Below are positions 1-11,326 of a stretch of DNA of 64,000 nucleotides, piece after piece. Numbering within the stretch: position 1 is the stretch's first letter; every line of letters begins with the position of its first letter. This stretch comes from an uncultured Chloroflexia bacterium (lineage in GTDB: Bacteria; Chloroflexota; Limnocylindria; Limnocylindrales; CSP1-4). The stretch is taken from contig CAVVYR010000007.1 of assembly GCA_963752475.1 (NCBI GenBank), forward strand, positions 160,001 through 224,000, written 5' to 3'. The translations under genes were made by a program, and so were the position numbers. A model generated the notes under the pieces. The model was not told the origin of the DNA, did no database searches, and saw only the letters and a list, made by a program, of their open reading frames with translations.

Positions 1-1
1 G

Positions 2-424
2 AAGGGCACCGGCCGTGCGCGCCAGGGCACCCGCTCGGCACCCCATTACAAGGGCGGCGGCGTGGTCTTCGGCCCCACCCCGCGCCAGTACGACAAGCGT
101 ATGCCCAAGCGCATGCGTCGGCTCGCACTCGTGGGTGCACTCACGGCCAAGTTCGACGACGGCGTAGTGAAGGTCGTCAATGACCTCGAGCTCGACGAGA
201 TCAAGACCCAGCAGCTGCTCGGCCACCTGAGCTCGCTCGAGGCCGCGGGCAAGGTGCTCGTGGTGGAGGACGGCAAGAACGAGGCGCTCGAGCTCTCCGC
301 TCGGAACGTGCCCGACCTGGTCATCATCCGCTCGGACTCGCTCAACGTCGTCGACGTCATCGACGCCGACGCCATCGTCATCACGAAGCCATCGATCTCG
401 ACCATGTCGGAGGTGTACGCATGA
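2..424 (+). CDS. rplD: 50S ribosomal protein L4 (5' truncated by window edge)
   Basis: Frame from base 2 reads [25 protein letters not shown], the L4 signature; precedes rplW. Confidence 0.97.
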   Translation, partial: KGTGRARQGTRSAPHYKGGGVVFGPTPRQYDKRMPKRMRRLALVGALTAKFDDGVVKVVNDLELDEIKTQQLLGHLSSLEAAGKVLVVEDGKNEALELSARNVPDLVIIRSDSLNVVDVIDADAIVITKPSISTMSEVYA

Positions 425-723
425 CCCTCGAGGCCACGCAGATCGTCCTTCGGCCGGTCATCAGCGAGAAGTCGATGGACCAGTCGACCGTCAACAAGTA
501 CACCTTCGCGGTCGCCGACGACGCCAACAAGATGCAGATCAAGGACGCCGTCGAGGAGCTCTTCAAGGTCACCGTCACCAACGTGAACGTGATGACCACG
601 AAGCGCAAGGAGAAGTCCCGCAATCGCCGTCGCGGGCGCCAGGTCGGCTACACGTCCCCCTGGAAGAAGGCCGTCGTGACCATCAAGGCCGGCGACTCGA
701 TCGAATTCTTCGAGGGAGTCTAA
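421..723 (+). CDS. rplW: 50S ribosomal protein L23
   Basis: RPVISEKS...YTFAV...KKAVVT; S10 operon position. Confidence 0.97.
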   Translation: MTLEATQIVLRPVISEKSMDQSTVNKYTFAVADDANKMQIKDAVEELFKVTVTNVNVMTTKRKEKSRNRRRGRQVGYTSPWKKAVVTIKAGDSIEFFEGV

Positions 724-725
724 GC

Positions 726-1553
726 ATGCCGATCCGAGGCTATAAGCCGACCTCCCCGGGTCGCCGCTTCATGACGCGGTCGACCTTCGAGGAGATCACC
801 ACCGACAAGCCCTACAAGCCGCTCGTCGAGTCCAAGAAGCGTGGCTCCGGCCGCAACTCTCAGGGCCGCATGACCGTCCGCCATCGTGGCGGCGGTGCGA
901 AGCGCAACTACCGTCTCATCGACTTCAAGCGCGACAAGCTGGACGTGCCAGCGAAGCTCGCGACCATCGAGTACGACCCCAACCGTTCGGCGCGCATCGG
1001 CCTGCTGCACTACGCGGACGGCGAGAAGCGCTACATCCTCGTGCCCGCCGGGCTCAAGGTCGGCGACGTCGTCGTGGCCGGCTCCAAGGCCGAGGCGCGC
1101 GTGGGCAACGCCCTGCCGCTGAAGTCCATCCCGCTCGGCACGCAGCTGCACAACATCGAGCTGGTGCCCGGCAAGGGCGGTCAGATCGTCCGCTCCGCGG
1201 GCACCTCGGCGCAGCTGATGGCCAAGGAGGGGCAGTACGCCCTCGTGCGCCTGCCTTCGGGTGAGGTGCGCCGCGTGGACATGCGCTGCATGGCCACCGT
1301 CGGCCAGGTCGGCAACATCGATCATGAGAACCAGAGCCTCGGCAAGGCCGGTCGTGCCCGTCATCTGGGCAAGCGGCCCGAGGTCCGCGGTGTGGTCATG
1401 AACCCCAGGGACCATCCCCACGGTGGTGGCGAGGGCAAGTCGCCCACCGGCATGCCACCGAAGACCCCTTGGGGTGCGCCCGCAATGGGTCACCGCACCC
1501 GTCGTAACAAGAAGTCCGGTCGTTTGATCGCGACTTCCCGGCACCGCAAGTAG
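726..1553 (+). CDS. rplB: 50S ribosomal protein L2
   Basis: [10 protein letters not shown] and [13 protein letters not shown] motifs. Confidence 0.99.
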   Translation: MPIRGYKPTSPGRRFMTRSTFEEITTDKPYKPLVESKKRGSGRNSQGRMTVRHRGGGAKRNYRLIDFKRDKLDVPAKLATIEYDPNRSARIGLLHYADGEKRYILVPAGLKVGDVVVAGSKAEARVGNALPLKSIPLGTQLHNIELVPGKGGQIVRSAGTSAQLMAKEGQYALVRLPSGEVRRVDMRCMATVGQVGNIDHENQSLGKAGRARHLGKRPEVRGVVMNPRDHPHGGGEGKSPTGMPPKTPWGAPAMGHRTRRNKKSGRLIATSRHRK

Positions 1554-1568
1554 GCGAGGAGAAGCGAC

Positions 1569-1853
1569 ATGTCGCGTTCCCTGAAGAAGGGCCCGTACGT
1601 CGAGCAGCGGCTCCTGGCCCGCGTGCAGACGATGAACAAGAACAACGAGAAGCAGGTGATGAAGACCTGGTCGCGTGCCAGCGTCATCTTTCCTGACTTC
1701 ATCGGGCACACCATCGCCGTCTACAACGGCAAGAAGCACATCCCGGTGTTCATCTCGGAAAACATGGTCGGACACCGGCTCGGTGAGTTCGCACCCACCC
1801 GCAATTATCGCGGCCACGGGCGTCACACCGAGCGGTCCTCGGCGCTGAAGTAG
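1569..1853 (+). CDS. rpsS: 30S ribosomal protein S19
   Basis: MSRSLKKGP...KTWSR...[11 protein letters not shown]. Confidence 0.99.
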   Translation: MSRSLKKGPYVEQRLLARVQTMNKNNEKQVMKTWSRASVIFPDFIGHTIAVYNGKKHIPVFISENMVGHRLGEFAPTRNYRGHGRHTERSSALK

Positions 1854-1861
1854 GAGCCTCG

Positions 1862-2200
1862 ATGCGAGTTTCTGCTACCGCCAAGTACATCCGCCGCTCC
1901 ACGCGCAAGACGCGCCTGGTGACCCAGGCCATCGTCGGGCGACCGGTGGAGGAGGCGACGGCCATCCTGCAGTTCATGCCGCAGGGTGCCGCCCGCGATG
2001 TGGCCAAGGTGCTCAAGAGCGCCACGGCCAACGCGGAGAACAACCACGATCTTCCCGCTGACGAGCTTATCGTCGCGGAAGCCACAGCCAACGAGGGACC
2101 CACGATCAAGCGCTGGCGCCCACGCGCCCAGGGACGTGCATTCCCCATCAACAAGCCCATGACCCATGTCACGGTCGTGGTCGAGAACCGGGAGGCTTAG
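1862..2200 (+). CDS. rplV: 50S ribosomal protein L22
   Basis: SATANAENN...[11 protein letters not shown]. Confidence 0.98.
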   Translation: MRVSATAKYIRRSTRKTRLVTQAIVGRPVEEATAILQFMPQGAARDVAKVLKSATANAENNHDLPADELIVAEATANEGPTIKRWRPRAQGRAFPINKPMTHVTVVVENREA

Positions 2201-2202
2201 GC

Positions 2203-2877
2203 ATGGGACACAAGGTCCACCCCAACGGCTTCCGGCTGGGCGTCTCGCGCACCTGGAACGCCAAGTGGTACTCCGACAAGGAGTACACCGAACTACTGCG
2301 TGAGGACATCGCTATCCGCACGCTCGTCAAGAAGCGACTGGCCAATGCCAGCGTCTCTCTGGTCGAGATCGAGCGAGGTATCAACCACGTGACCGTCACG
2401 GTCCACACCGCCAAGCCGGGCATCGTCATCGGCAAGGGCGGGGCCAACGTGGAAGCGCTGCGCCAGGCCGTAGGCAAGCTCACCGACCGCAAGGTCAAGG
2501 TGGAGATCCGCGAGATCCGCCAGCCGGAACTCGACGGCGTCCTGGTCGCGACCAACATCGCGCAGCAGCTGACCCGCCGCATCGCCTTCCGCAAGGCCAT
2601 CAAGCAGTCCATCCAGCGGAGCATGAAGGCCGGCGCCAAGGGTGTGAAGGTCCAGGTCTCCGGCCGCCTCGGCGGCTCCGAGATGGCCCGCCGCGAGTGG
2701 GACAAGGAAGGCCGCATCCCGCTGGGCACCCTGCGTGCCGACATCAGCTACGGCCAGGTCCTGAGCCGCACCACCTACGGCGCCATCGGCGTCAAGGTCT
2801 GGATCTACCGCGGCGACATCCTGCCCGAGAAGACCAAGCAGCCGGAGGCCGCCGCCGCGGCCGGGGGAAAGGCATAA
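2203..2877 (+). CDS. rpsC: 30S ribosomal protein S3
   Basis: [35 protein letters not shown]. Confidence 0.99.
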   Translation: MGHKVHPNGFRLGVSRTWNAKWYSDKEYTELLREDIAIRTLVKKRLANASVSLVEIERGINHVTVTVHTAKPGIVIGKGGANVEALRQAVGKLTDRKVKVEIREIRQPELDGVLVATNIAQQLTRRIAFRKAIKQSIQRSMKAGAKGVKVQVSGRLGGSEMARREWDKEGRIPLGTLRADISYGQVLSRTTYGAIGVKVWIYRGDILPEKTKQPEAAAAAGGKA

Positions 2878-2880
2878 GAC

Positions 2881-3309
2881 ATGTTGATGCCCCGTCGCGT
2901 CAAGCACCGGAAGCAGCAGCGTGGCCGCATGAGCGGCATCGCCAAGGGTGGTTCGACCATCGCTTTCGGCGACTACGCGCTGATGACCGAGGAGCCCGGC
3001 TACATCACCAGCCGCCAGATCGAGGCCGCTCGTCGTGCCATGACCCGCTACGTCCGCCGTGGCGGAAAGATCTGGATCCGCATCTTCCCGGACAAGCCGG
3101 TCACCAAGAAGCCGGCTGAGGTCCGGATGGGCAAGGGCAAGGGCGCGGCCGACCACTGGGTCGCCGTCGTCAAGCCCGGCCGCATCCTGTTCGAGATGGC
3201 CGGCGTCCCTCACGAGGACGCGGTCGAAGCCATGCGCCTGGCCAGCCACAAGCTGCCCACCAGCGTCAAGGTCCTGATCAGAGAGGGGGTCCATGATGGA
3301 GATCGCTAA
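2881..3309 (+). CDS. rplP: 50S ribosomal protein L16
   Basis: IEAARRAM...RIFPDKP...RMGKGKG. Confidence 0.99.
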   Translation: MLMPRRVKHRKQQRGRMSGIAKGGSTIAFGDYALMTEEPGYITSRQIEAARRAMTRYVRRGGKIWIRIFPDKPVTKKPAEVRMGKGKGAADHWVAVVKPGRILFEMAGVPHEDAVEAMRLASHKLPTSVKVLIREGVHDGDR

Positions 3310-3529
3310 GGCCCGCAGCCTCTCCGAGCAGGAGCTCGCCGAGGAGCTGGAGTCGGCCCGCCGTCATCTCTACGACCTGCGTTTCCAGCTGGCCACGCGC
3401 CAGCTCACCGACTACAGCCAGATCTCGCAGACGCGGAAGGACATCGCCCGCCTGCTGACCGTCCGGACCGAGCGCAAGCTCGACGGCGGCGCAGCGAGCG
3501 CTTCGACCGCGGCTGCCGGAGGAGAATAG
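3293..3529 (+). CDS. rpmC: 50S ribosomal protein L29
   Basis: [10 protein letters not shown]...RKDIARLLT; operon position. Confidence 0.95.
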   Translation: MMEIAKARSLSEQELAEELESARRHLYDLRFQLATRQLTDYSQISQTRKDIARLLTVRTERKLDGGAASASTAAAGGE

Positions 3530-3981
3530 ATGAGCGCCGCTACTGCACCTGAGCGCGCCAAGCGCAAGACCAAGGTCGGCCGCGTCGTTTCCGACAAGAT
3601 GGACAAGACCATCGTCGTCTCCGTCGAGCGCCTGGCCCGCCACCGTATCTACAAGCGCGTCATCCGTCTGACCACCAAGTTCAAGGCGCATGACGAGAAC
3701 AACGAAGCCCACGTCGGCGACACGGTCCGCATCGAGGAGGCCCGCCCCCTCTCCGCGACCAAGCGCTGGCGCCTCACCGAGATCGTGACCAAGGCCGGCC
3801 TGGGTGCCGGTGAGGACGTGGTCTCCGAGGAGGCCGAGACCGCCGAGGCCATCCACATGGCTGCCCATCCGGGCAAGGTCAAGGCCGAAGAGGCCGAGGG
3901 GGCCGAGGGGGCCGCCGAGGCTCCGGCCGCCGAGGATCCGTCGCCGAGGCGCCCGCTGAGGGCGAGGAGGCGTCCGCATGA
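3530..3981 (+). CDS. rpsQ: 30S ribosomal protein S17 with acidic C-terminal tail; apparent one-base deletion near 3938
   Basis: [14 protein letters not shown]...KFKAHDE...[11 protein letters not shown]. Adding one base after GAT(3935-37) gives ...[13 protein letters not shown] ending in TGA 3979-81, which overlaps the rplN ATG. Uncorrected, the ORF runs to 4291. Confidence 0.93.
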
Positions 3982-4346
3982 TCCAGCCCCAGAGCCGCTT
4001 GCGCGTGGCCGACAACACCGGTGCGCGCACCATCGAGTGCATCCGCATCCTGGGCCGCTCGCAGAAGCCCACGGCCGGTGTCGGAGACGTCATCGTCGCC
4101 TCGGTCAAGCAGGCCATCCCCAACGCCGCGGTCAAGAAGGGCGACATCGTCCAGGCCGTGATCGTGCGCACTGCCAAGGAATACGGGCGCCCCGATGGGA
4201 GCTACATCCGCTTCGACGAGAACGCGGCCGTGCTCATCAACAACCAGGGCAACCCGCGCGGCACGCGCATCTTCGGCCCCGTGGCTCGTGAGCTGCGCGA
4301 CCGTGACTACATGAAGATCATCTCGCTCGCTCCGGAGGTGCTGTAG
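3978..4346 (+). CDS. rplN: 50S ribosomal protein L14
   Basis: VADNTGA...IRFDENAAV...[13 protein letters not shown]. Confidence 0.99.
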   Translation: MIQPQSRLRVADNTGARTIECIRILGRSQKPTAGVGDVIVASVKQAIPNAAVKKGDIVQAVIVRTAKEYGRPDGSYIRFDENAAVLINNQGNPRGTRIFGPVARELRDRDYMKIISLAPEVL

Positions 4347-4805
4347 ATGGCACCGTCAGTCAAGCCCCGCCGCCACACCCGCGTCCCGGACCTGCGTACC
4401 GGGGACGAGGTGGTGGTGCTCAAGGGCAAGGATGCCGGCAAGCGCGGCGAGATCCAGAAGGTGCTGCGTCACCAGCAGGGATGGGCCCGCTCGACCGAGC
4501 GGTTCGGCTCCGGCTGGCAGGACAAGGCGCCCCTCTCCGGTGCTGCCGTCGTCATCGAGGGCATCAACGTCGCCAAGCGGCACACCAAGCCGCGTCAGGT
4601 GGCAGGCCGGACGGAGCGCCAGCCCCGCATCCAGCAGGGCGGCATCCTGGATATCCCCCAGCCCATCGCCATCAGCAACGTCATGCTCGTTTGTCCGCAC
4701 TGCTCGACCCCGACCCGCGTTCGCCATGAGCGCTCCGGTGACGGTCGCAGCATCCGCATCTGCAGGCACTGCAGCGAGTCCGTGACCCGAGCGGAGGCCA
4801 AGTAG
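4347..4805 (+). CDS. rplX: 50S ribosomal protein L24 (with insertion and C-terminal CxxC/CxxC)
   Basis: KOW motif [16 protein letters not shown]; EGINVAKRH; between rplN and rplE. Confidence 0.95.
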   Translation: MAPSVKPRRHTRVPDLRTGDEVVVLKGKDAGKRGEIQKVLRHQQGWARSTERFGSGWQDKAPLSGAAVVIEGINVAKRHTKPRQVAGRTERQPRIQQGGILDIPQPIAISNVMLVCPHCSTPTRVRHERSGDGRSIRICRHCSESVTRAEAK

Positions 4806-5347
4806 TGAGCAGCGGACTGCGACAGCGCTATGAAGAAGAGGTCGTGCCGGCCCTCGTCAAGGAGTTCGATTACCAGAACCCCATGGAGGTCCCACGCCTG
4901 ACCAAGATCACCGTCAACATCGGCCTGGGTGAGGCGCTCACCAACAGCAAGGCCGTCGACGCCGCCGTGGCCGACATGACCACGATCACCGGCCAGAAGC
5001 CCGTCATCACCAAGGCCAAGCGGTCGATCGCCCAGTTCAAGATCCGTGAAGGGAACACCATCGGCGTCAAGGTCACCCTGCGTGGCCAGCGCATGTGGGA
5101 CTACCTGGAGCGACTGACCCGGCTGGCCCTGCCCCGGATCCGCGACTTTCGAGGTGTGCCGTCGCGGTCGTTCGACGGGCGAGGCAACTACTCGCTGGGG
5201 CTGCGCGAGCAGCTCGCGTTCCCGGAGATCGACTACGACAAGGTCGATCGCCTGCGCGGGCTGGAGATGACGGTCGTGACCACCGCCAAGACCGACGAGG
5301 AAGGCCAGCGTCTGCTGGGTCTCCTCGGCATGCCCTTCGAGAACTAA
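4805..5347 (+). CDS. rplE: 50S ribosomal protein L5
   Basis: ITGQKP...LPRIRDFRG...FDGRGNY. Confidence 0.99.
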   Translation: MSSGLRQRYEEEVVPALVKEFDYQNPMEVPRLTKITVNIGLGEALTNSKAVDAAVADMTTITGQKPVITKAKRSIAQFKIREGNTIGVKVTLRGQRMWDYLERLTRLALPRIRDFRGVPSRSFDGRGNYSLGLREQLAFPEIDYDKVDRLRGLEMTVVTTAKTDEEGQRLLGLLGMPFEN

Positions 5348-5358
5348 GGAGCGACCGA

Positions 5359-5544
5359 ATGGCCAAGAAGTCCATGATCGCGAAGGCGAAGCGCGGATCG
5401 CGCTTCCCCGTGCGCTCCTACCACCGCTGCTTCGTCTGCGGCCGCTCCCGTGCGTACATGCGCCGGTTCGGTCTCTGCCGTATCTGCTTCCGGGAGCGTG
5501 CCCTGCAGGGCGAGCTGCCGGGCGTCACCAAGTCGAGCTGGTAG
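5359..5544 (+). CDS. rpsN: 30S ribosomal protein S14, zinc-binding 61-aa type
   Basis: ATG 5359 after SD AAGGAG; MAKKSM...RCFVCGR...LCRICFRE...PGVTKSSW. Confidence 0.97.
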   Translation: MAKKSMIAKAKRGSRFPVRSYHRCFVCGRSRAYMRRFGLCRICFRERALQGELPGVTKSSW

Positions 5545-5548
5545 GCCC

Positions 5549-5944
5549 ATGAACGTATCCGATCCCATCGCCGACATGCTTACGCGCATCCGCAACGCCA
5601 GCCGGGCGCGTCATGACGAGGTCACCGTACCTGCGTCCAGGACCAAGCTGGCGATCGCCACCATCCTGCGCGAAGAGGGCTTCATCGAAGACTTCGCTGA
5701 ATCGCAGGCGGGTCCCCGCAAGAACATCGACATCCGGCTCAAGTACGTGGGCAAGGTGCCGGTGGTCAGCGGGCTCAAGCGCATCAGCAAGCCGGGTCTC
5801 CGGGTGTACGCATCCAAGACGGAGATCCCGCGCGTGCTGGGCGGACTCGGTGTCGTCATCGTCAGCACCAGTCAGGGCATCATGACCGGTCAGCAGGCTC
5901 GCAAGAGCCAGCTCGGCGGCGAGGTCCTGGCGTACATCTGGTAG
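5549..5944 (+). CDS. rpsH: 30S ribosomal protein S8
   Basis: [13 protein letters not shown]...[10 protein letters not shown]...GGEVLAYIW; start at ATG 5549. Confidence 0.98.
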   Translation: MNVSDPIADMLTRIRNASRARHDEVTVPASRTKLAIATILREEGFIEDFAESQAGPRKNIDIRLKYVGKVPVVSGLKRISKPGLRVYASKTEIPRVLGGLGVVIVSTSQGIMTGQQARKSQLGGEVLAYIW

Positions 5945-5951
5945 GCGATCC

Positions 5952-6500
5952 ATGTCACGAGTCGGCAAGCTGCCCATCACCATCCCTTCCGGCGTCGAAG
6001 TCGCCGTCGAGGGCAACCACATCAAGGTCAAGGGCCCCAAGGGCGAGCTCGAGCGTGATATCACGCCGGTGCTGTCGGTCGTCACCGAAGACGACCAGCT
6101 GCGCGTCGAGCGTCCGAACGAGGAGAAGCGCTCGCGCGAGCTCCACGGCCTGACCCGTACGCTCATCAACAACATGGTCGTGGGTGTGACCGAAGGCTAC
6201 TCCCGCAACCTCGAGATCCAGGGCGTCGGTTACCGCGCCCAGCTCGTGGGCAAGAAGCTGCAGCTCAACCTGGGCTACAGCCACCCCATCGAGATCGATC
6301 CGCCGGAGGGCATCTCCTTCGCGGTCGAGAACACCAACAAGGTCGCCGTGACCGGCATCGACAAGCAGCTGGTCGGGCAGATCGCCGCGCAGGTGCGTGC
6401 TACTCGCAAGCCTGAGCCCTACAAGGGCAAGGGTGTCCGCTATGAGGGCGAGGTCGTGCGCCGCAAGGCCGGCAAGGCCGGCAAGATCGGCGGCGCCTAG
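5952..6500 (+). CDS. rplF: 50S ribosomal protein L6
   Basis: MSRVGK...KGPKG...PEPYKGKG. Confidence 0.99.
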   Translation: MSRVGKLPITIPSGVEVAVEGNHIKVKGPKGELERDITPVLSVVTEDDQLRVERPNEEKRSRELHGLTRTLINNMVVGVTEGYSRNLEIQGVGYRAQLVGKKLQLNLGYSHPIEIDPPEGISFAVENTNKVAVTGIDKQLVGQIAAQVRATRKPEPYKGKGVRYEGEVVRRKAGKAGKIGGA

Positions 6501-6582
6501 GCACCCCCGTCTACCCACTTAGATATCGCCTGGTCGCGGCGCCCACGAGGCGCCCGGCCGCTAGAGGAGACCGACGACCGCG

Positions 6583-6945
6583 ATGCCAACGGCACGAAGC
6601 CGCTCCGCCGCACGTCAGAAGCGTCACTCGCGGCTCCGCCTTCGTGTGGCGGGGTCCGCTGAGCGACCGCGCCTGGCGGTCTTCCGGAGCATCAACCAGA
6701 TCTACGCCCAGGTCATCGACGACGCCAGCGGGCACACCCTTGCCAGCGCTTCCTCCATGGAAGCGGAGGTCAAGAGTGCCGGTGGCACCAAGACCGAGCG
6801 CGCCAAGCAGGTCGGCACCCTCGTGGGTGACCGAGCCAAGGCCGCCGGGGTCGAGCGCGTCGTATTCGACCGCGCCGGGTTCAAGTACCACGGACGGATC
6901 CGTGCGCTCGCCGAGGGCGCTCGCGACTCCGGCCTGGAGTTCTAG
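6583..6945 (+). CDS. rplR: 50S ribosomal protein L18
   Basis: RPRLAVFRS...[12 protein letters not shown]...GLEF. Confidence 0.98.
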   Translation: MPTARSRSAARQKRHSRLRLRVAGSAERPRLAVFRSINQIYAQVIDDASGHTLASASSMEAEVKSAGGTKTERAKQVGTLVGDRAKAAGVERVVFDRAGFKYHGRIRALAEGARDSGLEF

Positions 6946-6953
6946 GAGGGCCC

Positions 6954-7514
6954 ATGGCTCGGATCGATCCCAGCAAGCTCGCGCTCGAGGAGCGCGTCGT
7001 CCAGATCAATCGCGTGGCCAAGGTGGTCAAGGGTGGTCGGCGCTTCAGCTTCTCCGCGGTGGTCGTCGTCGGTGACGGCGAAGGACACGTCGGTGTCGGC
7101 CTGGGCAAGGCCGGCGAGGTGCCCGAGTCCATCCGCAAGGGCGTCGAGGACGCCAAGAAGAATCTCATCAAGGTGCCGCTGGTCGGTACCACCGTGCCCC
7201 ACGAGGTGCGCCAGCAGTACGGTGCCAGTACCGTCATGCTCAAGCCGGCCTCGCAGGGAACCGGCGTCATCGCTGGTGCCTCCGTTCGCGCCGTCGTCGA
7301 GGCCGCCGGCATCCGTGACATCCTGTCCAAGTCGCTTGGCTCCAACAACCCCGTCAACGTCACTCGCGCGACCCTGGAGGGTCTGCGGGCCATGCGTTCC
7401 GCCGCCGAGCTGTCGGAGTGGCGCGGCAAGAAGCTGCGGTCAGTCATCCCCGGCCAGCCCATGCCGGGCAGCGACGAGTCCGTGGTGGGCGGGGAGGCCG
7501 TCGATGGCCAGTAA
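6954..7514 (+). CDS. rpsE: 30S ribosomal protein S5
   Basis: [16 protein letters not shown]...GTGVIAG. Confidence 0.99.
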   Translation: MARIDPSKLALEERVVQINRVAKVVKGGRRFSFSAVVVVGDGEGHVGVGLGKAGEVPESIRKGVEDAKKNLIKVPLVGTTVPHEVRQQYGASTVMLKPASQGTGVIAGASVRAVVEAAGIRDILSKSLGSNNPVNVTRATLEGLRAMRSAAELSEWRGKKLRSVIPGQPMPGSDESVVGGEAVDGQ

Positions 7515-7740
7515 GCTCCTCGTCACGCTCAAGAAGTCGATCGTCGGCACCAACCCCAAGGCTCGCGGCACCGTCCGCGCTCTGGGCCTGCGCCGCATCG
7601 GCCAGACCGTCGAGCTGCCAGACGACCCCGCGGTCCGCGGTCAGATCCGCGCCGTGAACTACCTCGTCGAGTTCGAGGAGGTCGCGGCGACTCGCGCCAA
7701 GAAGGCGACCCCCAAGAAGAAGGAAGAGGCTGAGGCGTGA
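7504..7740 (+). CDS. rpmD: 50S ribosomal protein L30
   Basis: ATG 7504: [15 protein letters not shown]...[11 protein letters not shown]; between rpsE and rplO. Confidence 0.95.
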   Translation: MASKLLVTLKKSIVGTNPKARGTVRALGLRRIGQTVELPDDPAVRGQIRAVNYLVEFEEVAATRAKKATPKKKEEAEA

Positions 7741-8450
7741 AGCTCCATGACCTGAAGCCGGCGCCCGGCTCACAGAAGCGGCGCATCCGCGTCGGCCGCG
7801 GCATCGCCGCCGGCCGCGGCAAGACCGCCGGACGTGGCACCAAGGGCCAGAAGTCCCGCTCCGGTGCCAGGATCCCCGGCTGGTTCGAAGGCGGTCAGAC
7901 GCCCATCCACGTCCGCGTGCCCAAGCTGCGCGGCTTCAAGCCCGTCAACCGCATCGACTATCAGGTGGTCAACGTCGGCCGCATCTCCGAGTACGCCGTC
8001 GCCGGCCGCTTCGGTGAGGGCGGGTCGGGCCCCATCACGGTCGATGGCGAGGTCCTCGCTGCGGCCGGTCTCATCGCCCACGCCGACCGACCGGTCAAGG
8101 TGCTCGGTGATGGCGACCTCGAGGTAAAGGTGGCCGTCACGGCCGATGCCTTCACCAAGTCGGCCAAGTCCAAGATCGAGGACGCCGGCGGGTCGGTGGA
8201 ACTGCTGAACCCGCCTGCTCCCGAGCCTGAGCCCGAAGCCGAGGCCCCCGCCGAGGAGGCTGCCCCTGTGGCCGCCGCCAGGACCGAGGCCCCCGCCGGG
8301 GATCCCCCGGCCGAAGCTGCGCCCGAAGCCGCCGAGGAAGCGACCGAGACCGAGGCTCCCGCCGAGGAGACCAAGGCCCAGGCCGTTGCCGAGGAGGCCC
8401 CCGAGGCGGAGGCTGAGACCGAGTCCTCCGACGAGCCGGTAGCCGAGTAA
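7737..8450 (+). CDS. rplO: 50S ribosomal protein L15 with long Ala/Glu/Pro tail
   Basis: RVGRG...GKTAGRGTKGQKSR...FEGGQTP. Confidence 0.98.
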   Translation: MKLHDLKPAPGSQKRRIRVGRGIAAGRGKTAGRGTKGQKSRSGARIPGWFEGGQTPIHVRVPKLRGFKPVNRIDYQVVNVGRISEYAVAGRFGEGGSGPITVDGEVLAAAGLIAHADRPVKVLGDGDLEVKVAVTADAFTKSAKSKIEDAGGSVELLNPPAPEPEPEAEAPAEEAAPVAAARTEAPAGDPPAEAAPEAAEEATETEAPAEETKAQAVAEEAPEAEAETESSDEPVAE

Positions 8451-8453
8451 CCC

Positions 8454-9740
8454 GTGTTCGAAGCCCTCGTCAACGCGTTCCGTGCGCCGGACATCCGCAA
8501 GCGCATCCTCTTCATCCTGGGGATGCTCATCATCGTGCGGATGCTGGCGCACGTGCCCGTACCCGGCATCGATCGCGAGGCTCTCTCGGGCATCATCGGC
8601 GAGAACAGCTTCCTGCAGATGCTGAACCTCTTCTCCGGAGGTGGCCTGCAGAACTTCTCCATCATCGCGTTGGGTGTGAATCCCTACATCAACGCGTCGA
8701 TCATCATGCAGCTGATGACGGGTGTCGTACCCCGTCTGCAGCAGCTCTCCCGCGAGGGTGAGTACGGCCGCGGCAAGATCAACTCGTACACGCGCTACCT
8801 GACGGTGCCGCTGGCGATCCTGCAGTCGTACGGCTACCTGGCCCTGCTGTCCTCGGGTACCAACCCGGCGGTGCCGAACTTCGACATCACCAGCTTCACC
8901 ACGCTGACGCAGATCATCACGCTCACTGCCGGCACCATCCTCGTGATGTGGATCGGCGAGCTCATCAGCGAGCGCGGCATCGGCAACGGCATCAGCTTCA
9001 TCATCTTCGCCGGCATCGTGGCCGGTCTGCCGGGTGCGGTGAACACCTTCCTGGCCTCACCCGACCTCGCCGCCGGTCTCGCCTTCGGGGCCCTGGCTAT
9101 CGCTGCGGTTGCCATCATCGTCTACATCCAGGAGGGCCAGCGCCGCATCCCCATCCAGTACGCCAGCCGCGTCCGCGGCCGCCGCATGTACCAGGGTGGT
9201 GCCACGTTCCTGCCGCTGCGCGTGAACCAGGCCGGCGTCATCCCCATCATCTTCGCTATCTCCATCCTGCTCTTCCCGGTGCAGATGGCCAGCTACTTCA
9301 GCGCCTCCGGCGGCGTCATCGAGGACATCGCCAACGTGGTCATCGACTGGCTCAGTCAGGGCAGCCCGGTCTACGCGCTGACCTTCTTCCTGCTGGTCGT
9401 CGGATTCACGTACTTCTACACCGCGTTCACCTTCAAGCCCGATGAGACGGCCGACCAGCTTCGCAAGAACGGTGGCTTCATCCCGGGTATCCGGCCGGGC
9501 GCGCCGACCCGCGACTACCTGGCCAAGGTGGTCTTCCGCATCAGCCTCGCCGGCGCCATCTTCCTGGGCATCGTCGCGGTCAGTCCCATCATCGTCGGCT
9601 CCCTCTTCGCAGGCAGCGTCATCGGCTCATTCAGCCTCGGCGGCACGGCACTCCTCATCGTCGTGTCGGTCGTGGTGGAGACGATGAAGCAGCTCGAGGC
9701 GCAACTGATGATGCGTAACTACGAGGGTTTCATCAAGTGA
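8454..9740 (+). CDS. secY: Preprotein translocase subunit SecY
   Basis: ALGVNPYINASIIMQL, GIGNGIS, GGFIPGIRPG; multiple TM segments. Confidence 0.99.
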   Translation: MFEALVNAFRAPDIRKRILFILGMLIIVRMLAHVPVPGIDREALSGIIGENSFLQMLNLFSGGGLQNFSIIALGVNPYINASIIMQLMTGVVPRLQQLSREGEYGRGKINSYTRYLTVPLAILQSYGYLALLSSGTNPAVPNFDITSFTTLTQIITLTAGTILVMWIGELISERGIGNGISFIIFAGIVAGLPGAVNTFLASPDLAAGLAFGALAIAAVAIIVYIQEGQRRIPIQYASRVRGRRMYQGGATFLPLRVNQAGVIPIIFAISILLFPVQMASYFSASGGVIEDIANVVIDWLSQGSPVYALTFFLLVVGFTYFYTAFTFKPDETADQLRKNGGFIPGIRPGAPTRDYLAKVVFRISLAGAIFLGIVAVSPIIVGSLFAGSVIGSFSLGGTALLIVVSVVVETMKQLEAQLMMRNYEGFIK

Positions 9741-10447
9741 CATCAGAAGCTGCCGCCGGCATGGCAGCTCGCAACGGGGGAACGCGCCGCATCATCGTGA
9801 TGATGGGTGCCCCCGGCGCGGGCAAGGGCACGCAGGCCGAGCGCCTGGCTGAGGCCTTGTCCCTGCCGCACGTCTCTACCGGAGAGCTCTTCCGGGCCAT
9901 GCTCAAGAGCGACACGCCGCTCGCGCGGAAGGTTCAGGACTACATGGAATCGGGTGCGCTCGTGCCTGACGACATCGTTCTGGCCATGGTCGACGATCGC
10001 CTCACCTGGAACGACGCCAGAGACGGCGTCATCCTCGATGGCTTCCCACGCACGGTCGCGCAGGCCGAGGCGCTCGATCGGATGCTGGCCAGGCTGGGCG
10101 CGTCCGTCTCGGCGGTGCCCTACATCGAGGTCCCGACCGAGCTGCTGCTGGCGCGCCTGACCGGCCGCCGCATCTGCACCAAGGACGACCAGCACCTGTA
10201 CCACGTCGTGGGCATGCCGCCCATGAAGGAAGGCATCTGCGACATCGACGGTGCCGAGCTGTACCAGCGCAAGGACGACAGCGAGGAGACCGTCCAGGAT
10301 CGCCTCGACAAGCAGCTGCCGCCCATGTTCGAGGTCGTCGACTACTACGCGGGCAACAACGTGCTCTTCTCTGTGCCCGGCGATCAGCCGCCGGCCGATG
10401 TGACCGAGGAGCTGCTCCGCGTCATCAACACCAAGACCCAAGCCTAA
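9737..10447 (+). CDS. adk: Adenylate kinase
   Basis: GAPGAGKGTQA P-loop, LDGFPRT, LID ending LYQRKDD; exact start uncertain. Confidence 0.98.
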   Translation: MTSEAAAGMAARNGGTRRIIVMMGAPGAGKGTQAERLAEALSLPHVSTGELFRAMLKSDTPLARKVQDYMESGALVPDDIVLAMVDDRLTWNDARDGVILDGFPRTVAQAEALDRMLARLGASVSAVPYIEVPTELLLARLTGRRICTKDDQHLYHVVGMPPMKEGICDIDGAELYQRKDDSEETVQDRLDKQLPPMFEVVDYYAGNNVLFSVPGDQPPADVTEELLRVINTKTQA

Positions 10448-11272
10448 GTGCTCTTCGACCGTCGCCGCGTGGTGCTCAAGTCTCGATCACAGATCGAGAA
10501 GATGGCCGTGGCCGGCGATCTCACCGCGGCTGCGCTCGATGCCGTGGCTGAAGCCATCCGTCCGGGCGTGACGCCGCTGCAGCTGAACGCCATCGCCGAC
10601 GAGGTCATCCGCGACGGGGGCGGGACGCCCAACTTCATCGGCGTTCCCGGCCACCTCGCACCCTTCGAGCACGCCACCTGCATCTCCATCGACGACGAGG
10701 TCGTCCATGGTGTCCCCGACGACCGCGTCATCGAGGAGGGCATGATGGTCTCGGTCGACTGCGGGGCCGAGGTCGACGGCTGGAACGGCGACTCCGCCCG
10801 CACCTTCCTCATGGGCGACGTGCCCGAGGAGATGCGCAAGCTTTCGGAGGTCACGCGCGCGGGCATGCTCGCGGGCGTGAAGGCCTCGATCCCGGGCAAC
10901 ACGCTCGAGGACGTGGCCGCCGCCATCGAGGACGTCGGCCTGACCGCGGGCTACGGCATCGTGCGGGGCTACGTCGGACACGGCATCGGCAACGAGATGC
11001 ACGAGGAGCCGCAGGTCACCAACTACCGCACCGGCCGCCGTGGTCGCAAGATCGAGCCCGGCCTGTGCATCGCCATCGAGCCCATGTTCACCATCGGCTC
11101 CCACGAGACCCGCGTGAAGGCCGATGGCTGGACCGTGGCCACCGCTGACGGCAGTCTGGCTGCCCACTGGGAGCACTCCATCGCCGTCACCACCGCCGGT
11201 CCGCGCATCCTGACGCTGGCCGCCGGCGAGGTCATCGAGGGCCTGACGAGCATGGCCGGAGCGAGCGCATGA
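10448..11272 (+). CDS. map: Type I methionine aminopeptidase
   Basis: VVHGVP, GHGIG..MHEEP, AIEPM, AHWEHS. Confidence 0.97.
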   Translation: MLFDRRRVVLKSRSQIEKMAVAGDLTAAALDAVAEAIRPGVTPLQLNAIADEVIRDGGGTPNFIGVPGHLAPFEHATCISIDDEVVHGVPDDRVIEEGMMVSVDCGAEVDGWNGDSARTFLMGDVPEEMRKLSEVTRAGMLAGVKASIPGNTLEDVAAAIEDVGLTAGYGIVRGYVGHGIGNEMHEEPQVTNYRTGRRGRKIEPGLCIAIEPMFTIGSHETRVKADGWTVATADGSLAAHWEHSIAVTTAGPRILTLAAGEVIEGLTSMAGASA

Positions 11273-11290
11273 GCTCGAACCGACCGAGGC

Positions 11291-11320
11291 TTGCGGAAAC
11301 TCGGACCCTTCTGATACACT
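11291..11320 (+). promoter_or_regulatory. Putative sigma70 promoter for the infA-rpmJ-alpha segment
   Basis: TTGCGG 11291-96, 18-nt spacer, extended -10 TGaTACACT (TACACT 11315-20). Confidence 0.6.
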
Positions 11321-11326
11321 CATCCT

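Noticed and set aside
6501-6582. Hairpin before the rplR SD (TGGTCG-C-GGCGCC/GGCGCC-CGGCCG)
   Set aside because: Single GC-rich stem, expected by chance or as a processing site; no further support
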